Source of the DNA: Clostridia bacterium
Lineage (GTDB): Bacteria; Bacillota; Clostridia; TANB77; CAG-508
NCBI GenBank assembly: GCA_017625465.1
Contig: JAGAKS010000019.1
Location: forward strand, 651 to 64,650
Direction: 5' to 3'
DNA: 64,000 nucleotides
Shown: positions 9,060 to 19,437 of the stretch, in pieces
How the letters are laid out: each line of letters begins with the position of its first letter
Numbering within the stretch: position 1 is the first letter of the stretch
Program-made: the position numbers and the translations under genes
The notes under the pieces: model-generated
Seen by the model: only the letters and a program-made list of their open reading frames with translations
Database searches by the model: none
What the model was told of the DNA's origin: nothing

Positions 9060-9785
9060 CTATTTTAATTTTATTATAGCATGTAAAACACTTTCATCTT
9101 CGCTTTTAATTGCAACAATTTGCGCATTTTCCTCTTCTGAGTATGCGTATAAAGCTTTCACCTTTTCTCCAAATTTTATTTCTTTTTTATACATTATTTC
9201 TATTTCATTAAAATCTGAATAATAAACCTCATCTGGAAGTGCACTATACCCTATATCTAAATAACTCAAATTGTGAACATGATTATTTATATCTATCATT
9301 TCTCTCGTAATATTGTTTTCTACTACATTAGTATAATTATTTGGCTCACTAAGTTTTCCTAATTCTTTAATATCCATTACAGAATCTTCTTCACTTTTAT
9401 AAGCGTCTATAAGCTTTTCATCAGGACTAGTAATAGATTTAGTTTCCATATTAATTAAAACCCATTTTGAAGAAGCTATTGCAATTAAATCTCCTTTAGC
9501 ATTATATACTTCAAAATCACGATATGAATATAATCTTTGGATACTTTTTGACCAAGTAACTACTTTTATTGTTTCATTATACATAGGCTTTTCGAAAAAC
9601 TTTATTTTCCAAGATATAATCATCCAATTAAGTTTTGTTTTAGCTACATCATATAAGCCATACCCAACTAAATCTGAATGTATTCCTCCAGCATCCTCTA
9701 AAAAACTCATAAATGCTTTTATAGTTAATTTATTATTGTGGTCAATATCTTTTAACCCTACATAAAATTCATGCTCTATTTTCAT
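9060..9785 (-). CDS. Acyl-ACP thioesterase (hotdog-fold, FatA/B-like).
   Basis: 241 aa. Tandem hotdog pattern (..KTKLNWMIISWKIKFFEKPMYNETIKVVTW.. RDFEVYNAKGDLIAIASSKWVLIN) typical of clostridial acyl-ACP thioesterases. Confidence 0.55.
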   Translation of the reverse strand: MKIEHEFYVGLKDIDHNNKLTIKAFMSFLEDAGGIHSDLVGYGLYDVAKTKLNWMIISWKIKFFEKPMYNETIKVVTWSKSIQRLYSYRDFEVYNAKGDLIAIASSKWVLINMETKSITSPDEKLIDAYKSEEDSVMDIKELGKLSEPNNYTNVVENNITREMIDINNHVHNLSYLDIGYSALPDEVYYSDFNEIEIMYKKEIKFGEKVKALYAYSEEENAQIVAIKSEDESVLHAIIKLK

Positions 9786-9873
9786 TTTTACCTCTTCTAT
9801 AATATTATTAAAATATTATATCAAAGATATTACTAAAATTGTTTATTTTCGACCAAGTAGTACAAATTTATAT

Positions 9874-10452
9874 TCATAAAATTATAGGTTGTATTTGTTC
9901 TTTGTCTAAAGCATATTCTAATGTTTTTATAATATAACTTGGATCAAATACTACTGAACGTGGCTTAGTAATAGGATTATCTTGTTTGAATGGGACAAAA
10001 TAATAATTTTTTCTATTAAGTAATCTTCCAATATTTTCTGCTGCACCAGATAAAGCATTATTAGTAGAAATAGCTATTACAACAGGTCTATCGTTTCTTA
10101 AATGCGATTTTGTAGCCATAGTGGCTGGCGTATCTATAATATCATGCGCCAGCTTTGCAATAGTATTTCCACTGCAAGGCACAATAATTAAAATATCAAA
10201 CATTTTCTTTGGACCTATTGGCTCTGCATCAGGAATAGTATTAATAATTTTATGTCCGGTAATTTCTTCAATCTCTGTTATAAAATCTGTTGCTTTTCCA
10301 AATTTCGTATCTAAATTATAACTGTTGTATGACATAATAGGAAAAACATTTGCGCCAAGATTTACTAGTTTTTTCATTTCATCAATAGTTTTTCTAAAAG
10401 TACAAAATGAACCTGTATAGACAAAACCAATATTTTTATCTTTTAAATTCAA
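9874..10452 (-). CDS. dpaB: Dipicolinate synthase subunit B-like flavoprotein (SpoVFB/DpaB family). The start codon is TTG.
   Basis: MNLKDKNIGFVYTGSFCTF...PCSGNTIAKLAHDIIDTPATMATKSHLRNDRPVVIAISTNNAL closely parallels B. subtilis SpoVFB (GFGLTGSHCTY...PLTGNSMSKLANAMTDSPVLMAAKATIRNNRPVV). A GGAGG RBS lies 9 nt upstream of the TTG. Confidence 0.65.
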   Translation of the reverse strand: MNLKDKNIGFVYTGSFCTFRKTIDEMKKLVNLGANVFPIMSYNSYNLDTKFGKATDFITEIEEITGHKIINTIPDAEPIGPKKMFDILIIVPCSGNTIAKLAHDIIDTPATMATKSHLRNDRPVVIAISTNNALSGAAENIGRLLNRKNYYFVPFKQDNPITKPRSVVFDPSYIIKTLEYALDKEQIQPIIL

Positions 10453-10520
10453 AAAACATAACCTCCTTCCATATATTCTTATAATATATTTTATGAGATT
10501 ATGTTAATTAAGTTTAAGTT

Positions 10521-11489
10521 TTAACTTCTATTTTTGATTTTTTTCGCTAAAATATAAAATTTACTATAAATTTTGAAAATAATTTTTCTTTTATTTTTTA
10601 ATAAAAGAAAAGGTATGCGATATCTTCTCACTGGTATATCTTTGACAGATACGTTTTTAAATGCTTCACACATAAATTTATTATCATAAATAAAATCAAT
10701 ATTTTTATTATGAATCATTATAATTTGAGGTACTATTTCTATCATAGATTTTATCTGTATTTGTTTTTCGTACTTACCTATCTTTTCTTGCATTTCTGAA
10801 AACATATAAGTCAAATTTAGTATTTTATTTTTTATACTTTCATAACTTAAATTTTTTGTAACGCTATTATCTCTTCTTTCATAATAATATATAATAGAAC
10901 TAATATACCTAATTGTTTTTACATTTGTTAGTACATAAGCATTAAATAATATATCTTCACCGAAAAAATATTTTTTATTAAATCTTACATTGTCTAAAAG
11001 TTCTCTTTTAAACAATTGTCCCCAAACCATATTTTCATCTACATTATTTAAAATATTTGCAAAAACTTCGCCAAAATTGTTATCATTTAAGCATATTTTT
11101 TTATCTTCATATTTTGTTTCTGAATACACTTTATTATCTAAAAAAGCAAATCCAAATTTATATAAATCAAGGTTTTCTGATAAATCTATGGTGCTTAAAG
11201 AATTTTCTAACAAATAATCATCTGCATCTACGAACATTATATAATCACCTTTGGCAATTTCTAATCCTGCATTTCTAGCCTCAGATACACCTTTATTATC
11301 TTGGTTTATAACAACTATGTTGTCGTATTTTGTTTCATATTCTTTTAAAATTTTTAAAGAATTATCTTTTGAGCCATCATTTATACAAATTATTTCTGTA
11401 GAAACATCTTTTTGTAGAATTACTGAATTCAAACATCTTTCTAATGTTTCTTCTGCATTATATACTGGTATAATTATTGAAATTCTCAT
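10521..11489 (-). CDS. Glycosyltransferase family 2.
   Basis: IIIPVYNAEETLERCL...INDGSKDNS...FVDADD (GT2 DXD). Confidence 0.75.
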   Translation of the reverse strand: MRISIIIPVYNAEETLERCLNSVILQKDVSTEIICINDGSKDNSLKILKEYETKYDNIVVINQDNKGVSEARNAGLEIAKGDYIMFVDADDYLLENSLSTIDLSENLDLYKFGFAFLDNKVYSETKYEDKKICLNDNNFGEVFANILNNVDENMVWGQLFKRELLDNVRFNKKYFFGEDILFNAYVLTNVKTIRYISSIIYYYERRDNSVTKNLSYESIKNKILNLTYMFSEMQEKIGKYEKQIQIKSMIEIVPQIIMIHNKNIDFIYDNKFMCEAFKNVSVKDIPVRRYRIPFLLLKNKRKIIFKIYSKFYILAKKIKNRS

Positions 11490-11517
11490 TTTTACATTCC
11501 TTTATTTGTAAGCTATA

Positions 11518-11546
11518 AATCATTTTTATTATACACAAACATCTTT
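11518..11546 (-). promoter_or_regulatory. Sigma-A consensus promoter (TTGACT-N17-TATAAT) upstream of the GT2/dpaB genes.
   Basis: The minus strand reads TTGACTttaaaaagatgtttgtgTATAAT, about 28 nt before the GT2 start. Confidence 0.45.
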
Positions 11547-11563
11547 TTAAAGTCAATCTTGCT

Positions 11564-12754
11564 TTATTTCATTATCTCAGCAATTACATTTGCTAAATAT
11601 TTCATGCTTACATCACACTGCTCAATTGTGTTTCCAGTAGCCCCTACTTCTATTATACACGCACCACTTGCTAAATTTTGATTATATCTTGAATTCCTTA
11701 AAATAATAGGTTTAAAAAGTCCAGGATATAGTTCATTTGCTTTTTCTTGAATTTTCACAGCTAATTTAAAATTATTTAACCAATTGGGATGCTCTAAACC
11801 TCCACCATCTGTTCCTATTACAAACATAAGTTGAGCACCAACCTCTTCTCCTATTTTAACAGATGGAGCATAATTACTGCTACTCCCTAAAGCATCTCTA
11901 TGTAAATCTATTACAAATTCTGTCCAACAGTCACCTGATAATAATTTTTTGACAGTAGAATATGAACGATTGTACGAACCCGTATATGCAGGATAATCAT
12001 GATAACTTTGGTCATGTGTTACATTATAACCTTTGGATTTTAAATTAGTTGTCAATGTTTCTCCTACATGTGCAACAGAAAAATTCAAATCAGTTGTTCT
12101 AAAATTTCCTGTTGCAACATAATTTGTATTTTCTGTTGGTGTATAACTCTCGCATGTGTGTGTATGAAAAATAAGAATATCTTGCTTATTATTGAAATCT
12201 ACTGTTGGCATCATCATTTCATCCGTCAACTCATATTTACTTTCATTTCTAATTTTTACACTTCCATAAGTATTAGTAAAAACATCTTTTTTATTATTTG
12301 CTTCTATTACTTCTGTTGGAAGTTTTTCTATTATATTATTATTGGAAGAGGCTTCATCAGGTATTTTTTCTTCCTCATTTTTCACTTTTTCATTCTGCAC
12401 AATTGCATTTTCATTTGGAATATTGTTATCTACATCTGTTTCTTGCGAATTTGCTAAAACAGCATTATCTTCTAACATCCTCTTATTACTTGTATTTATT
12501 TCTTTAAAAATAATAAGCTCACTGCCTAAAATATTTGCTATTCCTAAAGTTTCATTTTCTTCTTCGTGAATAGCTGAAATTGCTAAATTGTTAGAAATAA
12601 TGTTTATATAAGCTACCTGAAAATTATAATTCAAAGCAATCATTTTTTTAGAAAATAAGTAATTAAAAATCATTGCACTGAGAAGCAATGCAATGATTAT
12701 TTTTACTGTATACTTTATTAAACTTTTTAAGTTTATAATAGCTACATTAAACAT
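11564..12754 (-). CDS. spoIIP: Stage II sporulation protein P (SpoIIP family peptidoglycan hydrolase).
   Basis: N-terminal TM anchor. C-terminal domain with ILIFHTHTCESYTP and DLHRD motifs characteristic of SpoIIP. Confidence 0.7.
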   Translation of the reverse strand: MFNVAIINLKSLIKYTVKIIIALLLSAMIFNYLFSKKMIALNYNFQVAYINIISNNLAISAIHEEENETLGIANILGSELIIFKEINTSNKRMLEDNAVLANSQETDVDNNIPNENAIVQNEKVKNEEEKIPDEASSNNNIIEKLPTEVIEANNKKDVFTNTYGSVKIRNESKYELTDEMMMPTVDFNNKQDILIFHTHTCESYTPTENTNYVATGNFRTTDLNFSVAHVGETLTTNLKSKGYNVTHDQSYHDYPAYTGSYNRSYSTVKKLLSGDCWTEFVIDLHRDALGSSSNYAPSVKIGEEVGAQLMFVIGTDGGGLEHPNWLNNFKLAVKIQEKANELYPGLFKPIILRNSRYNQNLASGACIIEVGATGNTIEQCDVSMKYLANVIAEIMK

Positions 12755-12796
12755 ACTTTACCTCACTACATACAGTATATTTAATGTATATAAGTT

Positions 12797-14215
12797 TTAG
12801 AATATTTTTTCAAATTTGTCTTTTTGAAGTTCGTCTGGCACTTCAATAGGATACTTACTTGTAAAGCATCCTTCACAGAAGCCTTTCATATTTGAACCTT
12901 CTGCAATTTTTCTTAAATTTTCTAAACTCAAATATTCAAGTGAATCTGCTCCTATTTCCTCTCTAATTTCCTCAACAGTTTTCTTTGTAGCAATTAAGCC
13001 GTCTTTATTTGTTACATCTGTTCCAAAATAGCAAACACCTAAAAAGGCTGGTGAAGCAATTCTTAAATGTATTTCTTTGGCTCCTGCACGTCTTAATGTT
13101 TTTATAATTCTTGTAATAGTTGTTCCTCTAACAATTGAATCATCTATTAAAATAATTCTTTTATCCTTTACTGTTGAAGGAATTGGATTTAATTTTAAAG
13201 CTACTTGATTTTTTCTTTTATTTTGTGTTGACTGTATAAATGTTCTTCCAATATATTTATTTTTTACAAAAGCTATATCATAAGGTATTTTAGAATATTT
13301 AGAATATCCTAATGCGGCATCTAAACCAGAATCTGGAACACCTGCAACAAAGTCTGCATCAACTGGAGCTTGTTCAGCTAAATATTTACCTGCAAGTTCT
13401 CTAAATTTATGTACATTCATTCCATCTACATTTGAATCTGGTCTTGAAAAATATACGTATTCAAAAATACATAAACCATCTTTTTCATTTGTTCTAAAAT
13501 TTTCAGTTTTCATTTCATTTTGATATAAAGTAACAATTTCACCTGGTTTAATATCTCTTTCAAAAGTTGCACCTATAACGTCTAATGCACAGCTTTCAGA
13601 AGCAAATACATAATCATTACCTAGTTTACCCATACATAAAGGTCTAAAACCATGTGGATCACGTACAGCAACCAATTTTCTTGAACTCATTACTAAAAGT
13701 GAATAAGCACCTTTTAAATATTTAGTTGCATTTTTAACAGCCTCTTCTATTGAACCAACTTTTCTTCTTTCTCTAGCTATGATTGAACAAATAACCTCTG
13801 TATCACTAGTAGAATTAAATATAGCACCATGTTCTTCTAATTCGTTTCTAAGTTCTTCTGTGTTAGTAAGATTGCCATTATGTACTACGCATATATTTCC
13901 TTTTGCATATCTTTTTACAATAGGTTGTGCATTTTCTACTCTTGGTGCGCCAGTAGTAGAATATCTAACATGTCCTATTGCAATTTTTCCTGTTGGTAGT
14001 TTTGCAAGACGTTCTGGTCTAAAAACATCAGCAACTAATCCTAAATCTTTTTCGCAATAAATAAGTCCACCATCATTTACTGCAATACCACAACTTTCTT
14101 CTCCTCTATGTTGAAGACAAGCAAGTCCAACTGTTGTAATTGGGGCTAAATCTTCGTTATTTTCCATAGAATAAATTCCGAAAATTCCGCATTCTTCTTT
14201 AATTTTACTAAACAT
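12797..14215 (-). CDS. purF: Amidophosphoribosyltransferase.
   Basis: The N-terminal MFSKIKEECGIFGIY places the catalytic Cys after Met processing. A PRTase domain (DDSIVRGTT) and 4Fe-4S-type Cys residues are present. Confidence 0.9.
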   Translation of the reverse strand: MFSKIKEECGIFGIYSMENNEDLAPITTVGLACLQHRGEESCGIAVNDGGLIYCEKDLGLVADVFRPERLAKLPTGKIAIGHVRYSTTGAPRVENAQPIVKRYAKGNICVVHNGNLTNTEELRNELEEHGAIFNSTSDTEVICSIIARERRKVGSIEEAVKNATKYLKGAYSLLVMSSRKLVAVRDPHGFRPLCMGKLGNDYVFASESCALDVIGATFERDIKPGEIVTLYQNEMKTENFRTNEKDGLCIFEYVYFSRPDSNVDGMNVHKFRELAGKYLAEQAPVDADFVAGVPDSGLDAALGYSKYSKIPYDIAFVKNKYIGRTFIQSTQNKRKNQVALKLNPIPSTVKDKRIILIDDSIVRGTTITRIIKTLRRAGAKEIHLRIASPAFLGVCYFGTDVTNKDGLIATKKTVEEIREEIGADSLEYLSLENLRKIAEGSNMKGFCEGCFTSKYPIEVPDELQKDKFEKIF

Positions 14216-14235
14216 ACCTTACCTCTTTAACCCAT

Positions 14236-14258
14236 TTAAGAGACAAAATGTCTCTTAA
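14236..14258 (-). other. Short perfect hairpin immediately upstream of the purF RBS (purN-purF junction).
   Basis: ttaagagaca-aaa-tgtctcttaa: a 10-bp stem ending about 12 nt before the purF RBS AAAGAGG. No T-tract follows, so it is not a terminator. Confidence 0.3.
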
Positions 14259-14276
14259 AATTTTAATTTATTTATT

Positions 14277-14852
14277 TTAGATTTTTCCGGATGAAAAATC
14301 ATTTAAAACTTCTATTAGCTGAATCTTTTCAGCAGCTTGTACTTTCGCAGATAAGCTTTCTGCATCATCAGTTGGAAGTACCGTAACAGTTGTCTGTCTA
14401 ATAATATTACCTCTATCATATTCGTTGTTCACAAAATGTACAGTAACACCACTGATTTTTTCTTTACTATCAATTACTGCTTGATGCACATGCATACCAT
14501 GCATACCTTTACCACCAAATTTTGGAAGTAAAGATGGATGAGTGTTTATTATTCTGTAATTAGCAAGTAATTTATCTCCTATCATCTTTAAATAACCCGC
14601 TAAAACTATTAAATCTATATCATAATTTTTTAAATGCTCAAAAAGCTCATTATCTATATTTTCTTTTTCTTTAGAAGAAATTATGTATGTAGGAATTCCA
14701 GCTTTTTCAGCACGTTTTAAAGCATAAGCATCTGGTTTATTAGAAACTACTATACTAATTTTAGCATCTAGTTTTTTATTTTCTATACTATCTATAATTG
14801 CTTGAAGTGTTGTACCACTTCCAGAAGCAAAAACTGCTAAATTAATGCTCAT
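14277..14852 (-). CDS. purN: Phosphoribosylglycinamide formyltransferase.
   Basis: MSINLAVFASGSGTTLQAII and the HPSLLP motif. It overlaps the purD stop by 11 nt. Confidence 0.85.
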   Translation of the reverse strand: MSINLAVFASGSGTTLQAIIDSIENKKLDAKISIVVSNKPDAYALKRAEKAGIPTYIISSKEKENIDNELFEHLKNYDIDLIVLAGYLKMIGDKLLANYRIINTHPSLLPKFGGKGMHGMHVHQAVIDSKEKISGVTVHFVNNEYDRGNIIRQTTVTVLPTDDAESLSAKVQAAEKIQLIEVLNDFSSGKI

Positions 14853-16143
14853 AAATTTCTCCTATATCTTTTCTATAATCTAAAACTTTGTCTACTTCTT
14901 CATCTATTACTTTATATACTTCTTTTTTCAACTCTTCTAAATTATCTCCTGTTTTTTCAAGAGCAAATAGTCTAGAGTTACTTACAGAAGTATATTCATT
15001 TTCACCTATTTCTTTTGCATTAGCAAAATAAATTTTAACACCTTTATTCTCAATTTGTTTTTTATTTAATTTAAAAATAACTGGTTCATTGTTTTTCTTA
15101 ACAGCATATTCTTTGCTAACTATATATACTAAAAATGTATTAGTTTTTTTGAATTTGCAATTTTCTGTACTTAAAGTTTGATTAAAGATATTTTCCATAA
15201 CTTCGTTCCAAGGAGTCTCTAAAGCGTTTAAAACATTCATTGCTTCTGGATCTCCAAAACGTGCATTAAATTCTATAAATTTAATACCTTCTTCTGTTTT
15301 GAAAAATCCACCGTATAAAACACCTGTAAATTCTAGAGAATCTTTATTTACATAGTTGATTGTTTTTTGTATTAAATTAACACACTCATCAACATCTTTT
15401 TGCTCTAAGAATGGTAATAAGCCATTTGAAAAGCTCATACATCCCATTCCACCTGTACCAGGTCCTTTGTCTTCTTCGTATCTATATGGATAATCAAAAG
15501 TAATTGGAAGTGGTACAACATTTTTTCCATCTGTTAATACCATTACAGTAAATTCTGAACCTTTTACTTTATCTTGAACTATAACTTTACCACTTGCATT
15601 TAAGCATTCTTTTGCATAGGCAAAGCCTTCTTCTTTACTTGAAAAATGTTCACCGCCAACTTTAACACCTTTTCCACCTGTTAATCCTTCTGGCTTTACA
15701 ACAAAATTTTCATCTGGATAATTTTCCATAGCTTTTTCTAACTCTGCTTCAGTTGAAATTTCAAAATTTTTTATAACCATTTCTGGTGCTAATTTTTGAA
15801 CAATATCTAAAGCATAAGTTTTACTCCATTCAAGTTTTGCTGCAATGCTTGTTGGTCCAAAAGTTTTAAGCCCTAAACTTTTTGCTAAATCTATTAAACC
15901 GTCTTGTAATAAATTATCACTACTAATTACACAAACTTCTATTTTTTCTTCTTCAATAAATTTTTTTACTAATTCTTTATCAAATGGAGAACCTACAATA
16001 TATTTTCCATTTGATTTTTTTACGTACTCTACTATTGATGGGTTTTCATAAGGTAATACAGAATACAAACTATATGTTTTTGCAATATTTTCTGCAATAA
16101 CAGCTTCTCTTCCACCATTACCTAATAACAAACATTTTTCCAC
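14842..16143 (-). CDS. purD: Phosphoribosylamine--glycine ligase. The probable start is GTG at 16143; the ORF track extends 15 codons further, to 16188.
   Basis: An ATP-grasp PurD fold (LLLGNGGREAVIAE...). A strong RBS AAGGAGGAG lies 6-7 nt upstream of the GTG(V16) and would fall inside the longer ORF. Confidence 0.8.
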   Translation of the reverse strand: MEKCLLLGNGGREAVIAENIAKTYSLYSVLPYENPSIVEYVKKSNGKYIVGSPFDKELVKKFIEEEKIEVCVISSDNLLQDGLIDLAKSLGLKTFGPTSIAAKLEWSKTYALDIVQKLAPEMVIKNFEISTEAELEKAMENYPDENFVVKPEGLTGGKGVKVGGEHFSSKEEGFAYAKECLNASGKVIVQDKVKGSEFTVMVLTDGKNVVPLPITFDYPYRYEEDKGPGTGGMGCMSFSNGLLPFLEQKDVDECVNLIQKTINYVNKDSLEFTGVLYGGFFKTEEGIKFIEFNARFGDPEAMNVLNALETPWNEVMENIFNQTLSTENCKFKKTNTFLVYIVSKEYAVKKNNEPVIFKLNKKQIENKGVKIYFANAKEIGENEYTSVSNSRLFALEKTGDNLEELKKEVYKVIDEEVDKVLDYRKDIGEIYEH

Positions 16144-16208
16144 GTAAAGCTCCTCCTTAATTCTACAATTACAACTAAAATTATACATTATTTATTTTTA
16201 TAAATCAA

Positions 16209-17021
16209 CTATTTATCAAACATTTTAGCTATGGCTTTTTCATATATAGATTTCGCTATTTGTTTACCATTTTCTGCTTTTTCTATAAATTTACTCATAC
16301 AAACAGATGCATTTATTTCCATAACAAAAATATCACCATTTGTCTTTTTGGATATATCCACTGTGACAAATCTAGAATTTGTTACTTGTCCTGCTCGTAA
16401 TGCTAATTTTTTAACCTCTTCTAGCTTTTCATCGTTTTCCAAATTTGTTTCTAGCCTTGCTCCGTTTGCTAAATTATGTTTCCAATCTTTAGCAATTTTT
16501 TTATATACATATAAAATTTCATTATCTAAAAATACTACCCTATACTCACATTCTATATCTTCGAAAGGACATATACTTACACTAGAAAACTTATTTTGAA
16601 ATAGTTCTTTGATTATTTGTATTGCTTCTTCTTGAGAATTTACTTTATATACATTTTTACCTTCAGAAGAGGTGTTTGCTTTTACAACAACTATATTTTT
16701 TCCAATCTTTTTAAAAATCTCTGATACTTCTTCTGATAAATTTCCAGCAAATTCTTCTCTTCCTTCTATACTTTTATTGAATACCATATAATGCGTAAGT
16801 ACATTAATATTGTTATGTTTTAAAACTTCATAAGTCGCATATTTGTCATTTAATATATCATAACAACTTGCTGTATTTAAATCAAAAGTATTTCTAACTA
16901 TATGGCGTATTTTTCCATTTTGCTTTAACTCTCTAATCCAACCATAAGATAAATAATTTACTTCTATGTCTTTTTCTTTACAAATTTCATCTATTAGTTT
17001 CAAACTTAAAGTTTCCTTCAT
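16209..17021 (-). CDS. ATP-grasp domain protein (RimK/YheC-like), exact function unknown.
   Basis: 270 aa. C-terminal GDIFVMEINAS resembles the ATP-grasp catalytic loop (vLEvN). RBS GGGAG. Confidence 0.45.
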   Translation of the reverse strand: MKETLSLKLIDEICKEKDIEVNYLSYGWIRELKQNGKIRHIVRNTFDLNTASCYDILNDKYATYEVLKHNNINVLTHYMVFNKSIEGREEFAGNLSEEVSEIFKKIGKNIVVVKANTSSEGKNVYKVNSQEEAIQIIKELFQNKFSSVSICPFEDIECEYRVVFLDNEILYVYKKIAKDWKHNLANGARLETNLENDEKLEEVKKLALRAGQVTNSRFVTVDISKKTNGDIFVMEINASVCMSKFIEKAENGKQIAKSIYEKAIAKMFDK

Positions 17022-17037
17022 AAAACTCCCTTCGTTA

Positions 17038-18687
17038 TTAGCAAATCTTTTTGAATATATTAGTACTATATAATTTTACAAAATTATCATAAAAAATTGT
17101 AGTTAATATTAAAATCGCAGATATCAATAAAGTTACAACATGGACATTTTCAAAAAATGAACATATTCCTAAAATAATAATAGAAACAATTAAAACAAAT
17201 ATAGTTGACCATAACATATTCATATTTTGTTTAACTACCGCATATTCTGATGTCCAATGTATTTTTGGTTTTAAAATATCTATTAAAACTTCTGCATAAC
17301 TTATAAACAAATTGCAAAGTAAGCCTATAACAAATACTTCCAAAGTAAAACTTATACTTATTTTGCTAAACAACAAATTCATACCAATTACTATAAAAAA
17401 TAAAGGAATAAAATTTAATATAAAAGCAGGAATTGCTTTATACCTACATTGTTTATATAGTTCTAGTGGTATGTATTTAATAAACGCTACACTTTCTCCT
17501 TCACGAGAAATACTTGTAACAGAAATATAATTAAACATATATAAAAAATTTATTATACATATACAAATAGCAAATCCAACAGTATTTTCTATATTTTCTC
17601 CAATAGCTGATATTATTGCTTGACTTGATGAACTTTCTCCTTTTGAAAAAAACTCGCTTACAAAAGGAATAGTCAATACTATTGGTATAATCAAAACTGG
17701 TAAAACAGTATTTAGAAAAAATACAGGATTTCTAAATAATATTTTAAATTCTTTATCTATATATGCTTTTCGGGTACTATTTCTTTTGATTTTTCTAAAA
17801 TCTGTTTTAGTTTTTTTACTATTTCCAGAAACAATATTAGTTGCACTATTTATATAAGTAGTTGAAAGTAAAATTGATACAAACAAATATGCTGTAATAC
17901 TCTCTCCTATTAAATAAAGTATATTGCTAAGAGCTAATCTATTTTCTATTTCAGTAATAGCGTTAATTCCATGTTTTAAAATAATAAAATAATCAGCAAA
18001 TATATCTGTTAAACCATTAATTTGTATCAATTTATTGGCAATCATAAAATCTGTTAATTCAGTTGTATTAATACTATATATTTGAATAGCAATAATCATT
18101 GCAAAAGTTAAAAATACTGTTATGTATTGAACAAGATCTTTATTCTTAACAAAACTTGTAAATCTCATTAAAATAACAGTTAATATAGTTCCTAACAAAA
18201 TTGGTATAATAGGTAAGAATAAAAATACTAATATTGACATTATATAAAATATTATAGAAACTTGAAAAGTAATACCATATACCAAAAATGGTATTGCAAA
18301 AGTTAATAGTTCTACTATATATTCTGAAACTAACATTACATTAAATTTAGCTAAAACAATTTTTAGTGAATTTATTGGCAATGGTAGTAAAAATTCTATA
18401 TCTTTTGAAAAATATAACACATTTAAAGAAGAAAGTATGCTTTGAATAAAAGCTATAATGATAGTTGAAAGCAAGCACAAACTAATAAAAACTTCTGGTT
18501 GATTGGCTGCTTTTAATACTTCTATAAGTTCTTTGCTTAAAAAAGCAACAACGCCACCAATATAAGCAATAGCAACAAACATAAGTAATTTTGCGGCTAT
18601 TGCTTTAAATGTTAATTTATCTTTATTAGCATTCTTATTTAATGAATTTTTTAATAAAATTTTAGTTAAAAATAAAGTTTCTTTCAA
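17038..18687 (-). CDS. ABC transporter permease (about 12 TM, ABC-2-like), the partner of the upstream ATPase. TTG start.
   Basis: 549-aa polytopic membrane protein immediately downstream of an ABC ATPase gene. Confidence 0.5.
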   Translation of the reverse strand: MKETLFLTKILLKNSLNKNANKDKLTFKAIAAKLLMFVAIAYIGGVVAFLSKELIEVLKAANQPEVFISLCLLSTIIIAFIQSILSSLNVLYFSKDIEFLLPLPINSLKIVLAKFNVMLVSEYIVELLTFAIPFLVYGITFQVSIIFYIMSILVFLFLPIIPILLGTILTVILMRFTSFVKNKDLVQYITVFLTFAMIIAIQIYSINTTELTDFMIANKLIQINGLTDIFADYFIILKHGINAITEIENRLALSNILYLIGESITAYLFVSILLSTTYINSATNIVSGNSKKTKTDFRKIKRNSTRKAYIDKEFKILFRNPVFFLNTVLPVLIIPIVLTIPFVSEFFSKGESSSSQAIISAIGENIENTVGFAICICIINFLYMFNYISVTSISREGESVAFIKYIPLELYKQCRYKAIPAFILNFIPLFFIVIGMNLLFSKISISFTLEVFVIGLLCNLFISYAEVLIDILKPKIHWTSEYAVVKQNMNMLWSTIFVLIVSIIILGICSFFENVHVVTLLISAILILTTIFYDNFVKLYSTNIFKKIC

Positions 18688-18702
18688 GTTAAATGGTCCT
18701 TT

Positions 18703-19425
18703 CTATTCTTCAGTAACTTTTAAGAAAATATCTTCTAAAGAATTGCTATCTTTAAATTGTTTTTTCATCTCTTCGTAGGTACCAACAAAAAGTAATTTTC
18801 CTTTATTTATTATACCTATTCTATCACACAATTTTTCTGCTACCTCTAACACATGAGTTGAAAAAAATACTGTATTTCCTTTTCTACTATGTGCCTTCAT
18901 TTTTTCTTTTAAATCATACGCAGATTTTGGATCTAAACCAGTAAGTGGTTCATCTAAAATCCAATTTTTTGGTTCATGCAATAATACACCTATTATGAGA
19001 AGTTTTTGTCTCATGCCATGTGAATAGTTTTGAATTTGCTCGTTTAAATTATCATATATTTCAAATTCTTTTGAAAGTCTTTCAATTCTATCTTTTCGAA
19101 TTTTAGAATCAATTTTATATATATCTGCAATAAAATTCAAGTATTCAATTCCTTTAAGTTTTAAAAACATATCTGGAGAATCTGGAACAAAACCAAAATT
19201 TAATTTTGCATTAACAGGATTTTCTGTGATAGATTGTCCATCTATAAAAATATCTCCTTCATCTATCTTCAAAATTCCAGTAATCATCTTTATTGTAGTA
19301 GTTTTTCCTGCTCCGTTTGGCCCTAAAAATCCAAAAATTTCTCCATCTTTAATTTCCAAATTCAAATTATCTATAATCTTTTCGTTTTTTATATATGATT
19401 TGCTGACATTTTTTATTTCTATCAT
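18703..19425 (-). CDS. ABC transporter ATP-binding protein.
   Basis: Walker A GPNGAGKTT, signature LSGGM-like (YSHGMRQKL), Walker B LLHEP/ILDEP. Confidence 0.85.
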   Translation of the reverse strand: MIEIKNVSKSYIKNEKIIDNLNLEIKDGEIFGFLGPNGAGKTTTIKMITGILKIDEGDIFIDGQSITENPVNAKLNFGFVPDSPDMFLKLKGIEYLNFIADIYKIDSKIRKDRIERLSKEFEIYDNLNEQIQNYSHGMRQKLLIIGVLLHEPKNWILDEPLTGLDPKSAYDLKEKMKAHSRKGNTVFFSTHVLEVAEKLCDRIGIINKGKLLFVGTYEEMKKQFKDSNSLEDIFLKVTEE

Positions 19426-19437
19426 ATTCTAAACCTC

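Noticed and set aside
12755-12796. Sigma-E/sigma-F type promoter for spoIIP (AAAATATTC...CATTAAAT).
   Set aside because: There is only a partial resemblance to the sigma-E consensus (ATATT-N14-CATACA-T). It is too weak to call from sequence alone.
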